From the NCBI GenBank assembly GCA_963728645.1, contig CAVSLU010000019.1:15902-79901 (forward strand): a DNA stretch of 64,000 nt. The letters run 5' to 3'. Below the pieces are notes generated by a model that saw only the letters and a program-made list of their open reading frames with translations, had not been told where the DNA came from and made no database searches. A program made the translations under genes and the position numbers. The DNA comes from an uncultured Alphaproteobacteria bacterium (GTDB taxonomy: Bacteria; Pseudomonadota; Alphaproteobacteria; Rhodobacterales; Rhodobacteraceae). Below are positions 8,972 to 20,423 of this stretch, one piece after another (position 1 is the stretch's first letter; each line of letters starts with the position of its first letter).

Positions 8972-10549
8972 ATGCGCGACTTTCAACTTCCCGGACGCTC
9001 TTCCGTTCTGGCGACGAATGGCATGTGTGCCACCTCCCATCCTCTGGCCGCCAAGACCGCGATCAATATTCTTGAGCGGGGTGGAAATGCGATGGATGCC
9101 GCAATCGCGGGCGCCGTTCTTCTTGGCATCTGCGAACCGCAAATGACAGGAATTGGCGGCGATTGCTTTGTTCTGTATTCGCCCGCTGGCAGCGATGAAG
9201 TGCATGCGCTCAATGGATCTGGCCGCGCGCCGGCGGGCCTGAGTTCGGACCTGCTGCGCGACGCTGGCGAAAAGACAGTGCCCCTGCGCAGCGCCCATGC
9301 CGTGACCGTGCCCGGCGCAATAGACGCTTTTTGCAGCCTGTCCGAAACCGTGGGAAAGCTGGGCCTGGATGCGATCCTGGCACCGGCCATTCAGTATGCC
9401 GACGCGGGCGTGCCGGTTGCGCCGCGTGTGGCGTCTGACTGGTCCAAGGACGCGCAGACATTGCAGGGCAAGGCGCGCGATTTCTATCTGGTCGATGGCA
9501 AGGTGCCGCAGGTCGGGTCGCTGTTCCGGGCCCCCGGTCAGGCGGAGGTGCTGCGCCGCGTCGCCAAACACGGCCGCGACGCCTTCTATACCGGAGAGAT
9601 CGCGGATGACATGATCGCGACGCTCACCGCCGCAGGCGGCACCCACACGGCCGCCGATTTCGCGAACGTCGCCTGCACCAAGGGTGAACCACTTGCAACG
9701 ACGTACCATGACGTCGACCTGCTGGAACACGCGCCCAACGGGCAGGGGGCGACTGCTCTGTTGTTGTTGAACATTCTGGGGCATTTCGACATCGCTGCGA
9801 TGGATCCATTCGGCGCGGAGCGTGTCCATATCGAGGCGGAGGCCACGAAGCTGGCTTATGACGCGCGCAATCGGTTTCTGGCAGATCCCGATCATACCTC
9901 GCGGCTCGACCAGATGTTGTCGCCCGTCACCGCGCAAAAACTGGCGCAGTTGATCGACCCTGCCAAAGCCATGTTCGACCCCAAGCCATTGTCCGAAGCC
10001 GTACATAAAGACACCATTTATATCACCGTGGTCGACAAGGACGGTATGGCCGTGTCGCTGATCTATTCGATCTTTCATGGCTTCGGATCGGGAATTGCAT
10101 CCGATAAATTCGGCATTCTGTTGCAGAACCGCGGTGCCGGGTTCACCCTTGAAAAGGGGCACCCAAACGAATTGCAAGGCGGCAAACGCCCCATGCATAC
10201 GATCATTCCGGGCATGATCAAGAAAGACGGCAAGGTTCAGGTGCCGTTTGGCGTGATGGGCGGGCAGTATCAGTCAACGGGCCATGCGCGGTTTGTCAGC
10301 AATCTGACCGATTTCGGGATGGACCCACAAACCGCAATCGACGCGCCACGGGCGTTTTCAGAGAATGGCGTGCTGAAGGTCGAGAACGGCTATGGCGAAG
10401 GGGTGCGCGCGAAACTGGCCGAAATGGGTCACAACGTTGAAATCCCTGACACCGCAATCGGCGGCGCTCAGGCCATCAAGCTGCACGACAGCGGCGTGTT
10501 GGAGGGGGCAAGCGATCCGCGCAAGGACGGTTGCGCACTGGGGTATTGA
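8972..10549 (+). CDS. ggt: Gamma-glutamyltransferase family protein
   Basis: GGNAMDAAIA, DTIYITVVD autoprocessing Thr, LQNRGAGF, KRPMHTIIP, GASDPRKDG. Confidence 0.92.
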   Translation: MRDFQLPGRSSVLATNGMCATSHPLAAKTAINILERGGNAMDAAIAGAVLLGICEPQMTGIGGDCFVLYSPAGSDEVHALNGSGRAPAGLSSDLLRDAGEKTVPLRSAHAVTVPGAIDAFCSLSETVGKLGLDAILAPAIQYADAGVPVAPRVASDWSKDAQTLQGKARDFYLVDGKVPQVGSLFRAPGQAEVLRRVAKHGRDAFYTGEIADDMIATLTAAGGTHTAADFANVACTKGEPLATTYHDVDLLEHAPNGQGATALLLLNILGHFDIAAMDPFGAERVHIEAEATKLAYDARNRFLADPDHTSRLDQMLSPVTAQKLAQLIDPAKAMFDPKPLSEAVHKDTIYITVVDKDGMAVSLIYSIFHGFGSGIASDKFGILLQNRGAGFTLEKGHPNELQGGKRPMHTIIPGMIKKDGKVQVPFGVMGGQYQSTGHARFVSNLTDFGMDPQTAIDAPRAFSENGVLKVENGYGEGVRAKLAEMGHNVEIPDTAIGGAQAIKLHDSGVLEGASDPRKDGCALGY

Positions 10550-10556
10550 GAGCTTT

Positions 10557-10583
10557 GGCAGGGTGCAATTCGTGCACCCTGCC
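10557..10583. terminator. Hairpin between convergent ggt and hspQ
   Basis: GGCAGGGTGCA-ATTCG-TGCACCCTGCC; weak U tract. Confidence 0.6.
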
Positions 10584-10585
10584 GC

Positions 10586-10912
10586 TTAATTCAGTTGGAA
10601 ATGCAGCGGATATGAGCCGTCAGTGAACGGGCCGAACAAATCTGGGATGTCCGGATGATCCACTGGTTCGCCCGAGTAATCCGCAACCAAATTCTGTTCC
10701 GACACATAGGCCACGTAATAGCTTTGCTCGTTTTCCGCCAACAGATGGTAATAGGGCTGGTCCTTGCCCGGACGGCTTTCGATCGGGATCGCCTCGTACC
10801 ACTCATCCGTGTTGGCAAACTCTGGGTCCACGTCAAAGATCACCCCCCGGAAGGGATGCTTCTTGTGGCGCACGATTTGGCCCAAATGATATTTAGCGCG
10901 GGTTTTTATCAT
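10586..10912 (-). CDS. hspQ: Heat shock protein HspQ (YccV-like)
   Basis: AKYHLGQIVRHKKHPFRGVIFDVDPEF, QPYYHLLAEN, YVSEQNL. Confidence 0.92.
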   Translation of the reverse strand: MIKTRAKYHLGQIVRHKKHPFRGVIFDVDPEFANTDEWYEAIPIESRPGKDQPYYHLLAENEQSYYVAYVSEQNLVADYSGEPVDHPDIPDLFGPFTDGSYPLHFQLN

Positions 10913-10996
10913 AACGTTGAAGCCTCTACCTTTCGTTAGTAATCCCTTCAAGGGGTGTTTGTCTAATTCTCTGCGCGAAACCAAAGGAAACATGTT

Positions 10997-11878
10997 GTGG
11001 AACTGACACTAACGGTACTTGAAATCGTGGCCCCGGTCTTTCTTTTGGCCGGGATCGGTTTCGCGTGGGTCAAACTGGGCTTCGAATATCGCATACAGTT
11101 TGTCACCCAACTGGCGATGACACTTTCTGTGCCCTGTCTGATTTTCGTGTCGTTGATGAATACCCAGATCGACCCGGCGGCGCTGACCGCATTGTCCTTG
11201 GCGACGGTGGCGGGATATGGGGGCGTGACGGTTGTCGCAGCCGCACTGGTTTGGGCGCTTGGGCTGAACAGGCGCACCTATCTTGCCCCACTGATTTTCG
11301 GCAATACTGGCAATCTGGGCCTGCCCCTGGCGCTTTTTGCCTTTGGGGATACAGGGTTGGGCTATGCTGTGGTCGTGTTTGCAATAATGGCCATCTGGTC
11401 ATTTACCTTTGGCATCTGGTTGGTGGCAGGAGCCGGGTCATTCGGCAAGGTGGTGCGCGAACCGTTGGTTTGGGCCACAATTCTGGGCGCGTTGTTTCTG
11501 ATACAAGGCTGGGAGACACCGAAATTTCTGACCAACACGCTTAGCCTTGTCGGGCAGATGGCGATTCCCATGATGCTGATCACCCTGGGCGTCGCGGTGG
11601 CACGCCTGTCGCCCGGCGGGGTGGCGCGCGCCGTGATGCTGTCGGCCCTGAAGCTGGGGGTGTGTGTCGGCATTGCCTGGGCTGCGGGGCGCTATTTCGA
11701 TCTGGACCGCATCGCATTTGGCGTGTTGGTGCTGCAAGTTGCCACGCCGGTTGCCGTCACCTCCTATCTTCTCGCGGAAAAATACGGCGCCGACGCGCAG
11801 TCGGTCGCAGGTCTGGTGGTGGCATCCACGTTAATGTCGGTGGCCGCCCTGCCGCTGCTGCTGGCCTTTTTGCTTTAA
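10997..11878 (+). CDS. AEC-family transporter
   Basis: FGNTGNLGLPL motif, hydrophobic, 293 aa. Confidence 0.88.
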   Translation: MELTLTVLEIVAPVFLLAGIGFAWVKLGFEYRIQFVTQLAMTLSVPCLIFVSLMNTQIDPAALTALSLATVAGYGGVTVVAAALVWALGLNRRTYLAPLIFGNTGNLGLPLALFAFGDTGLGYAVVVFAIMAIWSFTFGIWLVAGAGSFGKVVREPLVWATILGALFLIQGWETPKFLTNTLSLVGQMAIPMMLITLGVAVARLSPGGVARAVMLSALKLGVCVGIAWAAGRYFDLDRIAFGVLVLQVATPVAVTSYLLAEKYGADAQSVAGLVVASTLMSVAALPLLLAFLL

Positions 11879-11950
11879 GTTTTTGGTGGGCGGAAGTTCA
11901 GAAATCTGATAAGATAATTGTAATAAAAAAACGACATAAGCGAGAGGCAA

Positions 11951-12541
11951 ATGAGCAGAACCTTTTGCGCCCTGATTATTGCAGTGCTTTTGGCATCATG
12001 TAGTGGCGGCCCAACCAGCACGCCACGAAACCTTGATGATGCCTGCGCGATTCTCAAGGAGCGCCCGGAATACTACAAAGCTTTCCGAGCGGCAGAACGC
12101 CGTTGGGGTGTTCCCATTCACGTCCAGATGGCGACCATTCACCAGGAAAGCAAATTCATCGCGGATGCCCGCACCCCGTTCAAATACGTGATTGGCGTGA
12201 TCCCGATGGGCCGCCAATCCAGCGCGTTCGGGTACAGTCAAGCATTGGATGCAACGTGGGATGAATACCTCGCCGAAGCGGGCCGCTGGTCTGCAAAGCG
12301 GGATCGCATTGACGATGCTGCCGATTTCATGGGCTGGTATATGACCAAAAGCCGCGATGCGAATGGCATTCCGCTTTATGACGCTCAGAACCAGTATCTT
12401 GCCTATCACGAGGGCAATACGGGCTTTGCGCGGCAGACATATAACGGCAAACCCTGGTTGCTTGCAGTGGCGCGCAAAGTCGAATTGCGGGCCGAAATGT
12501 ACCAGGGGCAGATCGCGGGCTGTCGCCTGCGCCGCTGGTAA
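11951..12541 (+). CDS. Lipoprotein, lytic transglycosylase (SLT-like)
   Basis: Lipobox LASC; IHQES catalytic Glu, SSAFGYSQAL, YLAYHEG. Confidence 0.85.
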   Translation: MSRTFCALIIAVLLASCSGGPTSTPRNLDDACAILKERPEYYKAFRAAERRWGVPIHVQMATIHQESKFIADARTPFKYVIGVIPMGRQSSAFGYSQALDATWDEYLAEAGRWSAKRDRIDDAADFMGWYMTKSRDANGIPLYDAQNQYLAYHEGNTGFARQTYNGKPWLLAVARKVELRAEMYQGQIAGCRLRRW

Positions 12542-12553
12542 ATCGATTTGACC

Positions 12554-12579
12554 CCAAGGCGGGCGTCTTCCCGCCTTGG
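12554..12579. terminator. Hairpin between convergent SLT and lolA genes
   Basis: CCAAGGCGGG-CGTCTT-CCCGCCTTGG. Confidence 0.55.
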
Positions 12580-12588
12580 ATCAACCGC

Positions 12589-13195
12589 CTAGCGGTTCGC
12601 GCGTGATGGCGCGCGGCCGACGTCAAACAGACTGTTTGAAAGGCTGCCGCCGGTTTTAAGATCACCCAGAACCACGGTGGTCTGGCCGCCATTGCCGTCG
12701 TTGATGATCCATTGCCGCAGCTCGACCGGATTTGCCGTGAACTTTAGCTGGATATTGCCATATTCGGGATGCTCGGGATCTTGCGCCCGCACGGTTGTTG
12801 CGGTGCCATCATAGCTGTGCCCTGTCACCATGCGTGCCTGCCCCAGATTGACATTTTCGGCCAGAATGATCGAAAGCGGTGTTTTCGACAGTGGGTACGT
12901 CTCGGCGGGTTGATTGGACTTTTTGTCATAGATCACAACCGTGTTGCTGCCCGCGATCACGATCCCTGAAATCGGGCGCATTGTATTCAAAGCGCACCTT
13001 GCCGGGTCGTTTGATATAGATCGTCCCGGTGCTGATCGACCCATCATCGTTGATCTGGGTAAATTCGCCCTCAGCCGTTTTCAAACTGTTGAGATAGCTT
13101 GAGACAGCGGATAGCGGCAATTGCTCCGCAGCCGATGACAAGGCAGAGGCCATGCCAAGGCCAATGGCCAGAACAGTCGTGGTCAAAAAACGCAT
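12589..13195 (-). CDS. lolA: Outer-membrane lipoprotein carrier LolA family (one frameshift near 12970, probably an assembly error)
   Basis: Signal peptide plus GEFTQ..G.IYIKRPGKVRFEY in ORF 12926..13267; continues as SGIVIAG...YPLSKTPL...LRQW in ORF 12589..13047; downstream of ftsK. Confidence 0.85.
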
Positions 13196-13300
13196 CTCGG
13201 TATTCCTATTGTTATTCCTGTGCCTTGAGCAAGACATAGGCAGTACGGCAATGATATGCGATATCACGCGGCAGAATATCGCCCAAAGAGGCCATACATG

Positions 13301-13331
13301 AAAAAGGGCTGGCCTGTTTCCAAGCCAACCC
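13301..13331 (-). terminator. Rho-independent terminator after ftsK
   Basis: Minus strand GGGTTGGCTTG-GAAA-CAGGCCAGCCC-TTTTT. Confidence 0.75.
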
Positions 13332-13354
13332 CAAGCCTTTTGGTTTCGTTCCGG

Positions 13355-16281
13355 TCAGCCCTGCTCGGGGACTAAGAATCTCGCGTTTGCCAACATGGTT
13401 GGCGGGCGACACAAGGCCCTGTTCTTCCATCTGTTCGACCAGACGCGCCGCCTTGTTATAGCCGATGGCAAGCTTGCGCTGGATGTAGGACGTGGAACAT
13501 TTCCGGTCCTTGATCACGATGGCCACCGCGGTGTCATAAAGCGCATCTTCGCCGTCCGTATTGCCACCAAGGCCCAGAACGGCGTCTATGCTGCCTTCCT
13601 GGTCTTCGGGCGGGCCTTCGACCACGCCCGAGATATAGTCCGGCGCGCCATATGCCTTGAGGTGGTTGACGATCTCTTCAACTTCTTCATCCGAGACGAA
13701 CGGGCCGTGGCAGCGCAGGATCTTTGATCCCCCCGCCATATACAACATGTCGCCCATACCCAGCAGTTGTTCAGCCCCCATTTCACCAAGGATCGTCCGG
13801 CTGTCGATCTTCGACGTCACCTGAAACGAAATCCGCGTCGGGAAGTTCGCCTTGATCGTACCGGTGATCACATCCACCGACGGGCGCTGTGTCGCCATGA
13901 TCAGGTGAATGCCCGACGCCCGCGCCATCTGCGCGAGGCGCTGGATGCACGCTTCGATTTCCTTGCCGGCAACCATCATCAGGTCGGCCATCTCGTCGAC
14001 GATCACGACGATATAGGGCAACGTTTCGGGCTTGAATTCATCGGTCTCAAAGATCGGCTCGCCGGTATCGTCGTCAAAGCCTGTCTGGACGGTGCGGCTG
14101 AACATCTCGCCCTTTTCAAGCGCTTCACGGACACGCCCGTTGTAGCCTTCGATATTGCGCACGCCCATCTTGGACATCTTGCGATAGCGTTCTTCCATCT
14201 CGCCCACAGTCCATTTCAGCGCGACAACCGCCTTCTTGGGGTCGGTCACGACGGGGGACAGCAGGTGCGGGATGCCATCATAGACGCTAAGTTCCAGCAT
14301 CTTCGGATCGATCATGATCATCCGGCATTCTTCCGGCGTCAGCTTGTAAAGCAGCGACAGGATCATGGTGTTGATCGCTACGGATTTCCCCGAACCCGTC
14401 GTCCCCGCGATCAAAAGGTGAGGCATCTTGGCCAGGTTCGCCACAATCGGGTCCCCCCCGATGTCCTTGCCCAAGGCAAGAGGCAGGCGCATTGTGCTGT
14501 CGCCGAAATCTCGCGCTGCAAGAATTTCTCGAAGAACAACCTTTTCGCGGCTCTCATTGGGCAGCTCGATCCCGATCACGCTGCGTCCCGGTACGGTTGA
14601 AACACGTGCCGACAGTGCTGCCATTGAACGTGCGATATCATCGGCCAACCCGATCACGCGGCTTGCTTTCAAACCGGGGGCGGGTTCAAGTTCATACATC
14701 GTGACAACAGGTCCGGGGCGCACGGCAACGATTTCACCCTTCACACCATAATCATCCAGCACGTTTTCCAGCATCCGCGCGTTCTCTTCCAGCGCGTCAT
14801 CGCTGAGGTGCAGGCGTTCTATCTTGTCGGGGTTCTCCAGCAGGTTCAGCGGCGGAAGCTCGAATCCCGGGTGGGTGTCTTCAAAGGTCAGCCCTGGCTG
14901 CGCTTCGGCCTGCGCCTTCTTGCTGGGCTGGATCACCTTGCGCGTCGGCTGTTGCACAACTTTGCGGGGTTGAATGACGGGAATCTGGCGAGTGTCATCG
15001 GCGGCGGTATCTGCCAGCGGCAGGGTCTCGTCCTCGGTGAACATATTATCGTCGGCAGTACTCTCGCCAATATCGTCAAATGTATCATCATAGGGCTGAT
15101 ATTCGGGCTGCGCCGGTGGGGCGCGATGCGCCAGCCCATGCGACGCGGTCAATGGCGGTTCGACCCGCGCGGTGCCCGAATGCTGCGCGCCGGTCAGGGG
15201 CGGCTCTTCGCGCAAATGACGCGGTGTCGTATCCAGCAAAAGCGGGTCCGGCCCGCGCCCCCTGCCCCGTGTCAGGGGTGCCGTTACAGGAGTGTGCAGC
15301 GCATTTGCCGTGCGCACCCGGCTTTTGATCACATCCGCGATCTTCGATTTGATGCGATCACCGCTTGGGGCGTCGTCAACCACCGCGTGGGACCAGTTTT
15401 CAACCAATTCAGGCTCTGGCATCGGTTCTGCGCGTTTGACCAGCGCGGGCATCTTCGACAGCAGACCCGACTTGCGGGGTGACCGCTCTGACCGGTGCTG
15501 TGGGTTCTTCATCATAGTAGGATTGCGCGGCTGCGAAGTCTGCGTTTTCCTCGGCTTCGATCCGGTTGCGTGTCCGCCGTTCTGCCTGCCGCGCCTGAAG
15601 CGTCTGGGCCGCCGTCATCGCGCCCGATGCCCCCCGCCCCAGCAGTGTCATCAGACCGGCATAGGCCATGATGATGCCCACCAGCATGAACCGGGCAATG
15701 CGGCTCAACTCGGTTCGGGTAAAGCCCAGCACAAAGGCCCCGAACACAAGGATCGAAATCCCCATAAGCAGCGACATCAGCTTGATCGTGAAAGTAGAGC
15801 CAATCGGCAGGATGGTCAAAAGCGCGCCCATGACAGTATCGCCAAAAAGCCCCCCCAAACCGAAGCTGTGGGTTTGCAGCCATTCAGCCCCCGGTGTCAG
15901 CGTCGCCCCATAGATCGAACACAGCGCCACCGCGATCGGCGCAAAGATCAACCGGCCAACGGCGCGATCTTCGCCACGGTGCAACGCGAAACGCACACCC
16001 CACGCCAAAAGGATGGCGGCCACTGCCCAGGCACCCCAACCCACGATCATGAACAGCGGTGCTGCCAGCGACGCGCCCATCCGGCCCAGCCAGTTTTGCG
16101 CAGGCGCATCGGTGGACACCATCCAGTTGGGATCGTCAGGCGTGTAGCTGGCAATCATCATCGCCGCCATCAGCCCCAGTACGACCAGCGCCACACCAAG
16201 CAGTTCCTTGCCACGCCTCTCAATCGCCTGCGTCATGTCGGTGTCCAGCAAAGGGTCGCGTCCCCGTGTCTGATATGCCAT
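13355..16281 (-). CDS. ftsK: DNA translocase FtsK (frameshifts near 15475 and 13372, probably assembly errors)
   Basis: N-terminal membrane domain ([12 protein letters not shown]...NWLGRMGA); Walker [30 protein letters not shown]; gamma domain [19 protein letters not shown]. The corrected end REILVPEQG* precedes a terminator. Confidence 0.93.
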
Positions 16282-16298
16282 CGCTTTGATCCCTCGTC

Positions 16299-17483
16299 TT
16301 ATTCTGGATAGAGACAGCTGCGGATCGCTTCGATTCCGCGCGTTGTCTCTTCTTTTGGGGCGACCATGGCCACCCGAATATATGTCTTGCCAGGGTTCAC
16401 CCCGTCCACGTCTTGCGCCAGATACCCGCCGGGCAGGACACGCACGCCGGTTTCCCGCCACAGCTTGAGCGCGGCCGTTTCGTCGTCATCCACCGGAAGC
16501 CACAGGAAAAACCCGGCTTCGGGGCTGATATAGCCCGGCACGTTGCCAAGGATGCGGTCCGCGACCTTGTATTTTTCCACATACATCGCCCGGCTTTCCG
16601 CCACATGTACCTCGTCCGCCCACACGGCGGCAGCGGCGGCTTGCAGGGGCAACGGCAGCGGCGCACCGGCATAGTTTCGCAACTGCTTGATCTCTCGCAT
16701 GGTGTTCGGGCCGCTGGCCACAAAGCCCGATCTAAGCCCCGGAAGGTTCGACCGTTTGGAGAGCGAATGAAAGATCACCACGCGGTCAAGATCAGCGCCC
16801 ACCTCGTGCGCGACCTGCAACGCCCCGACAGGTGCCGTGCCGCAGTAAATTTCGGAATAGCATTCATCCGCAAAAATCTTGAAATCATACTTTTCGGCAA
16901 GGGCCAGCAAATCGGTCCAGTAGGCGCGGCTTGCCACAGCCCCCTGCGGGTTGGCGGGCGAACAGATATAGGCCGCCGTGGTCCGGTTCAACACTTCTTC
17001 GGGCAGCCCCGCAAAATCGGGCAGATGGCCGGTTTCAAGCGTGGCAGGCACCATAATGGGATCAGCGGCCCCTGAAAGAGCGGCGATCATATACACCTGA
17101 TAGAATGGATTTGGCATCAGGATGGCGGGTTTTTGGCCATTCTTGGTCTCGGGGCAAACGGCCATCACGGCATTGTAAAGCCCCTCGCGCGTGCCATTCA
17201 GTGCCATGATCTGAGCGTCGGCATCGACCGAAACTCCGTAGCGCCGTCTTATCCAATCGGCGATGGCCCCGCGCAATTCGGGCGATCCGTCGTTTGGCGG
17301 ATAGCTGTTAAAACCAGCCGCATTTTCCGCGATCACATCCGTAACCCACGCGGGAAACGCGTGCTTGGGTTCGCCGATGGTCATATGAATCGGCACGCCG
17401 CCGCCCTCGTGGACGTCAAGCAACGCCCGCAAACGCGGCCATGCGTGGGCCGGAAGGTTCGAAAACCGCTCAGGGTACAACAT
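16299..17483 (-). CDS. Class I/II PLP aminotransferase (DapC-like)
   Basis: IGEPKH, CSPANPQG, DECYSEIY, SLSKRSNLPGLRSG. Confidence 0.88.
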   Translation of the reverse strand: MLYPERFSNLPAHAWPRLRALLDVHEGGGVPIHMTIGEPKHAFPAWVTDVIAENAAGFNSYPPNDGSPELRGAIADWIRRRYGVSVDADAQIMALNGTREGLYNAVMAVCPETKNGQKPAILMPNPFYQVYMIAALSGAADPIMVPATLETGHLPDFAGLPEEVLNRTTAAYICSPANPQGAVASRAYWTDLLALAEKYDFKIFADECYSEIYCGTAPVGALQVAHEVGADLDRVVIFHSLSKRSNLPGLRSGFVASGPNTMREIKQLRNYAGAPLPLPLQAAAAAVWADEVHVAESRAMYVEKYKVADRILGNVPGYISPEAGFFLWLPVDDDETAALKLWRETGVRVLPGGYLAQDVDGVNPGKTYIRVAMVAPKEETTRGIEAIRSCLYPE

Positions 17484-17590
17484 TATCACTGCCTCGGGTT
17501 CGGGATCATTCATGCCCCGTTGTTTTCAAACTACCCAAGGGCGCGCCTCGCGTCCAGAGAATCTCGGACATGAGGTGCTGTTTGTGTCTT

Positions 17591-18919
17591 TTAGGACAAT
17601 GCCTCTTCCACCGCTGCCGCAAGGCGCAGCAGATGCGTTTCCCTTCCCGGTGCGGTCATCATCATAACCCCGCACGAAGGGACACCTGTGGGAAGGGTAA
17701 TCGCGCTTAATCCCATCAGGTTGCCGATGCGCGTGTTGCGCAGCGTCAGCAAATTCGCGGATACGTAGTAATCATGTTCGTTTTCAAGGCGATCCAACTT
17801 GGGGGGCAACAGTGCGGCAGTGGGCAAGATCACCGCATCATAGCCTGCAACCGCACGGTCATAGACTTTGCGCAGTGCGTCAAGCTTGGCCCAGGCGGCG
17901 ACATAATCGGGGCCGGAATGCGACTTGCCAAGCCGGAAACGCTCAAGGATTTCGACATACATCGCGTCTGGGTTTGCCTCGATCACATCACGCCAAAGAC
18001 CATAGGCTTCGGCGGTGAACAAACATCCGCTAAGCGGCATCGCCTCGGTGACGGCGGGCACTGTGATGTCTTCAACAAAAGCTCCGGCCGCTTTCAGTTT
18101 CTCAACGGTCGCGTCGAAAGCGGCAGCGGGCGCGTCTTCAAGATCATCCATTGCCACCGTCCGCAAAACGGCCAGACGACGGCCCTCCAGATCGACACTT
18201 TGCAGATCGGCGGGCTTTGTCCCCTCAAGGGCTGCCAGCATCAGACCAGCATCCTCGACCGATCGACACAGCGGGCCAATCGTGTCGAACTTGGCGGCCA
18301 ATGGCACGACCCCTTGCAAAGACAGGCGCCCCGACGTGGTCTTGAGGCCGACAAGATCGTTCCATGCCGAGGGTACCCGCACCGATCCCCCGGTATCCGA
18401 CCCCACCGCCGCCGCCGCCAACCCAAAGGCAACCGAAGCGGCCGCTCCCGAAGACGATCCCCCCGAAACAGCGCCTTCATCATTGACGCAAGGCGGCGTC
18501 GCCGTCGATGGGTTATGCCCCAGCCCCGAAAAAGCAAGCTCGCTCATATGGGTTTTGCCAAGGCAGACCAGCCCCATCGCGGTGGCATTTTGCACGACAA
18601 CCGCATCGCGGTCGGGCACGCGGTCTTTCAGCAACATGGTGCCAGCCTCGGTCACGATCCCTGCGGTATCGAACAGATCCTTCCAGCTGATCGGCACCCC
18701 GTCCAACGGTGACAAACGATGCCCCGCCTTGGCGCGATCACGTGCGGCCTGCGCTTCGGCCATCGCCCGATCGGCTGTGACCCGCGCATAAATCCGGTCG
18801 CGCAGAGGATGGGCATCGATCGCATCCAGATAGGTTTTGCAAAGCGCAACAGGGTCGATTGACCCGCTTTCAATGCCGCGCCCCAGATCCGCTGCCGTCA
18901 TCATCAGCCAGTCTTGCAT
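17591..18919 (-). CDS. Amidase-signature family protein
   Basis: WKDLFD, GGSSSGAAASV, GSDTGGSVRVP. Confidence 0.9.
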   Translation of the reverse strand: MQDWLMMTAADLGRGIESGSIDPVALCKTYLDAIDAHPLRDRIYARVTADRAMAEAQAARDRAKAGHRLSPLDGVPISWKDLFDTAGIVTEAGTMLLKDRVPDRDAVVVQNATAMGLVCLGKTHMSELAFSGLGHNPSTATPPCVNDEGAVSGGSSSGAAASVAFGLAAAAVGSDTGGSVRVPSAWNDLVGLKTTSGRLSLQGVVPLAAKFDTIGPLCRSVEDAGLMLAALEGTKPADLQSVDLEGRRLAVLRTVAMDDLEDAPAAAFDATVEKLKAAGAFVEDITVPAVTEAMPLSGCLFTAEAYGLWRDVIEANPDAMYVEILERFRLGKSHSGPDYVAAWAKLDALRKVYDRAVAGYDAVILPTAALLPPKLDRLENEHDYYVSANLLTLRNTRIGNLMGLSAITLPTGVPSCGVMMMTAPGRETHLLRLAAAVEEALS

Positions 18920-19006
18920 GGTATCCCCTTTGGTAATCCGCTGAAACGGACGGTAGCGGCGCTTGCGCGCATGGACAATCCCTCGATCGCGCGCATATTG
19001 AACCAC

Positions 19007-20233
19007 ATGGAATGCGACACAGATATTGCGATCATCGGCGGGGGGCTGAATGGCCCGACCTTGGGTTTGGCATTGGCCGGCATTGGCCTGAAGGTGACGG
19101 TCATTGACCGGCTGAACGGGCGGGCCCGTGAAGCCACGGATTTTGATGGCCGGTCCTACGCGATGGCGCTTACATCAACGCGTCTGCTGCAAGGCGTGGG
19201 GATTTGGGACAGCGTTGCGGACACAGCGCAACCGATGCTGGACATCAAAGTCACGGACGGGCGCGCCGGCGAAGGGCCATCGCCGTTTTTCATGCACTTC
19301 GACCATGCCGAAATTGAAGAAGGCCCTATGGGTCATATGGTTGAAGACCGACATTTGCGTCGTGCATTGATGAAAGCCGTACACGCGACCCCGGGCATCA
19401 CCGTGATGAACGACGAAGACGTCATCGCGCAAAAGCCAGACGCTTCGGGGATCACGTTGTCGCTGGCCAGTGGCAAGACAGTGCGGGCGCGTCTGGCCGT
19501 AGGCGCAGACGGGCGTGGCTCTGGCACAGGCGCGCGCGCAGGCATCAAACGCATCGGTTGGCGCTATGGGCAAACGGCACTGGTCTGCGCCATCGCGCAT
19601 GAAAAGCCGCACAATGGCGTCGCGCATCAATTCTTCATGCCGCAAGGACCACTCGCTATTCTGCCGCTGCAAGGCAACCGTTCCTCTATTGTCTGGAGCG
19701 AAACAACAAACAACGCAGCCCGCATCAACGCCCTGCCCGACGCGGCCTATCTTGAGGTGCTGCGCCCCAGATTTGGGGATTTCCTGGGTGAGATTTCTTT
19801 GGCCGGGGGGCGCTATACTTATCCGCTGGGTCTGTCTCTGGCGCATGATATGGTCGCGAAGCGCGTGGCTTTGCTGGGGGATGCGGCGCATGGTGTGCAC
19901 CCGATTGCCGGGCAAGGGTTGAATGCGGGCATGCGTGATGTGGCCGCCCTGGCCGAGGTGATCGCAGACGCGAAAAGACGCGGCCAAGACATCGGCAGCG
20001 CCACCGTTCTTGAGGAATATCAAGTCTGGCGGCGCTTTGATAACACGTCGCTGGCCTTGGCGACGGACAGCTTTAACCGGCTGTTCTCAAACGATAACCC
20101 GTTGCTGCGCATGGCGCGGGATGTGGGCATGGCGGCGATCAATGCACTTCCCGGTGCACGGCGCGGGTTCATCCGCGAAGCCGCAGGTCTGACCGGCGAT
20201 CTTCCCCGCTTGATGCAGGGTGAACCGCTTTAG
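19007..20233 (+). CDS. UbiH/UbiL-family FAD-dependent ubiquinone hydroxylase
   Basis: IIGGGLNG, GADGRGS, GDAAHGVHPIAGQGLNAG. Confidence 0.9.
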   Translation: MECDTDIAIIGGGLNGPTLGLALAGIGLKVTVIDRLNGRAREATDFDGRSYAMALTSTRLLQGVGIWDSVADTAQPMLDIKVTDGRAGEGPSPFFMHFDHAEIEEGPMGHMVEDRHLRRALMKAVHATPGITVMNDEDVIAQKPDASGITLSLASGKTVRARLAVGADGRGSGTGARAGIKRIGWRYGQTALVCAIAHEKPHNGVAHQFFMPQGPLAILPLQGNRSSIVWSETTNNAARINALPDAAYLEVLRPRFGDFLGEISLAGGRYTYPLGLSLAHDMVAKRVALLGDAAHGVHPIAGQGLNAGMRDVAALAEVIADAKRRGQDIGSATVLEEYQVWRRFDNTSLALATDSFNRLFSNDNPLLRMARDVGMAAINALPGARRGFIREAAGLTGDLPRLMQGEPL

Positions 20234-20237
20234 GTGA

Positions 20238-20423
20238 TCAGTCCAAGGCGCGTGCTTCGTCGACCAGCATGATGGGGATTCCGTTGCGGATGGGATAGGC
20301 CAGCCCCGCCGCTTTCGACACCAGTTCCTGACGGTCCGCATCATACTGAAGCGTGGTCTGGGTGCGCGGGCAAATCAGCGCCTCTAGCATACGCCGGTCA
20401 AAGGCGATTTCCTGGCTGCTCAA
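20238..20423 (-). CDS. Trm112/YcaR-like small protein
   Basis: [25 protein letters not shown]. Confidence 0.9.
   Translation of the reverse strand: MSSQEIAFDRRMLEALICPRTQTTLQYDADRQELVSKAAGLAYPIRNGIPIMLVDEARALD

Noticed and set aside
8945-10198. 417-aa ORF antisense to ggt
   Set aside because: Shadow ORF of a high-GC gene with no recognisable motifs.
13212-13354. C-terminal extension of FtsK in the ORF track
   Set aside because: Produced by an indel near 13372; it reads through a clear terminator at 13301-13331.
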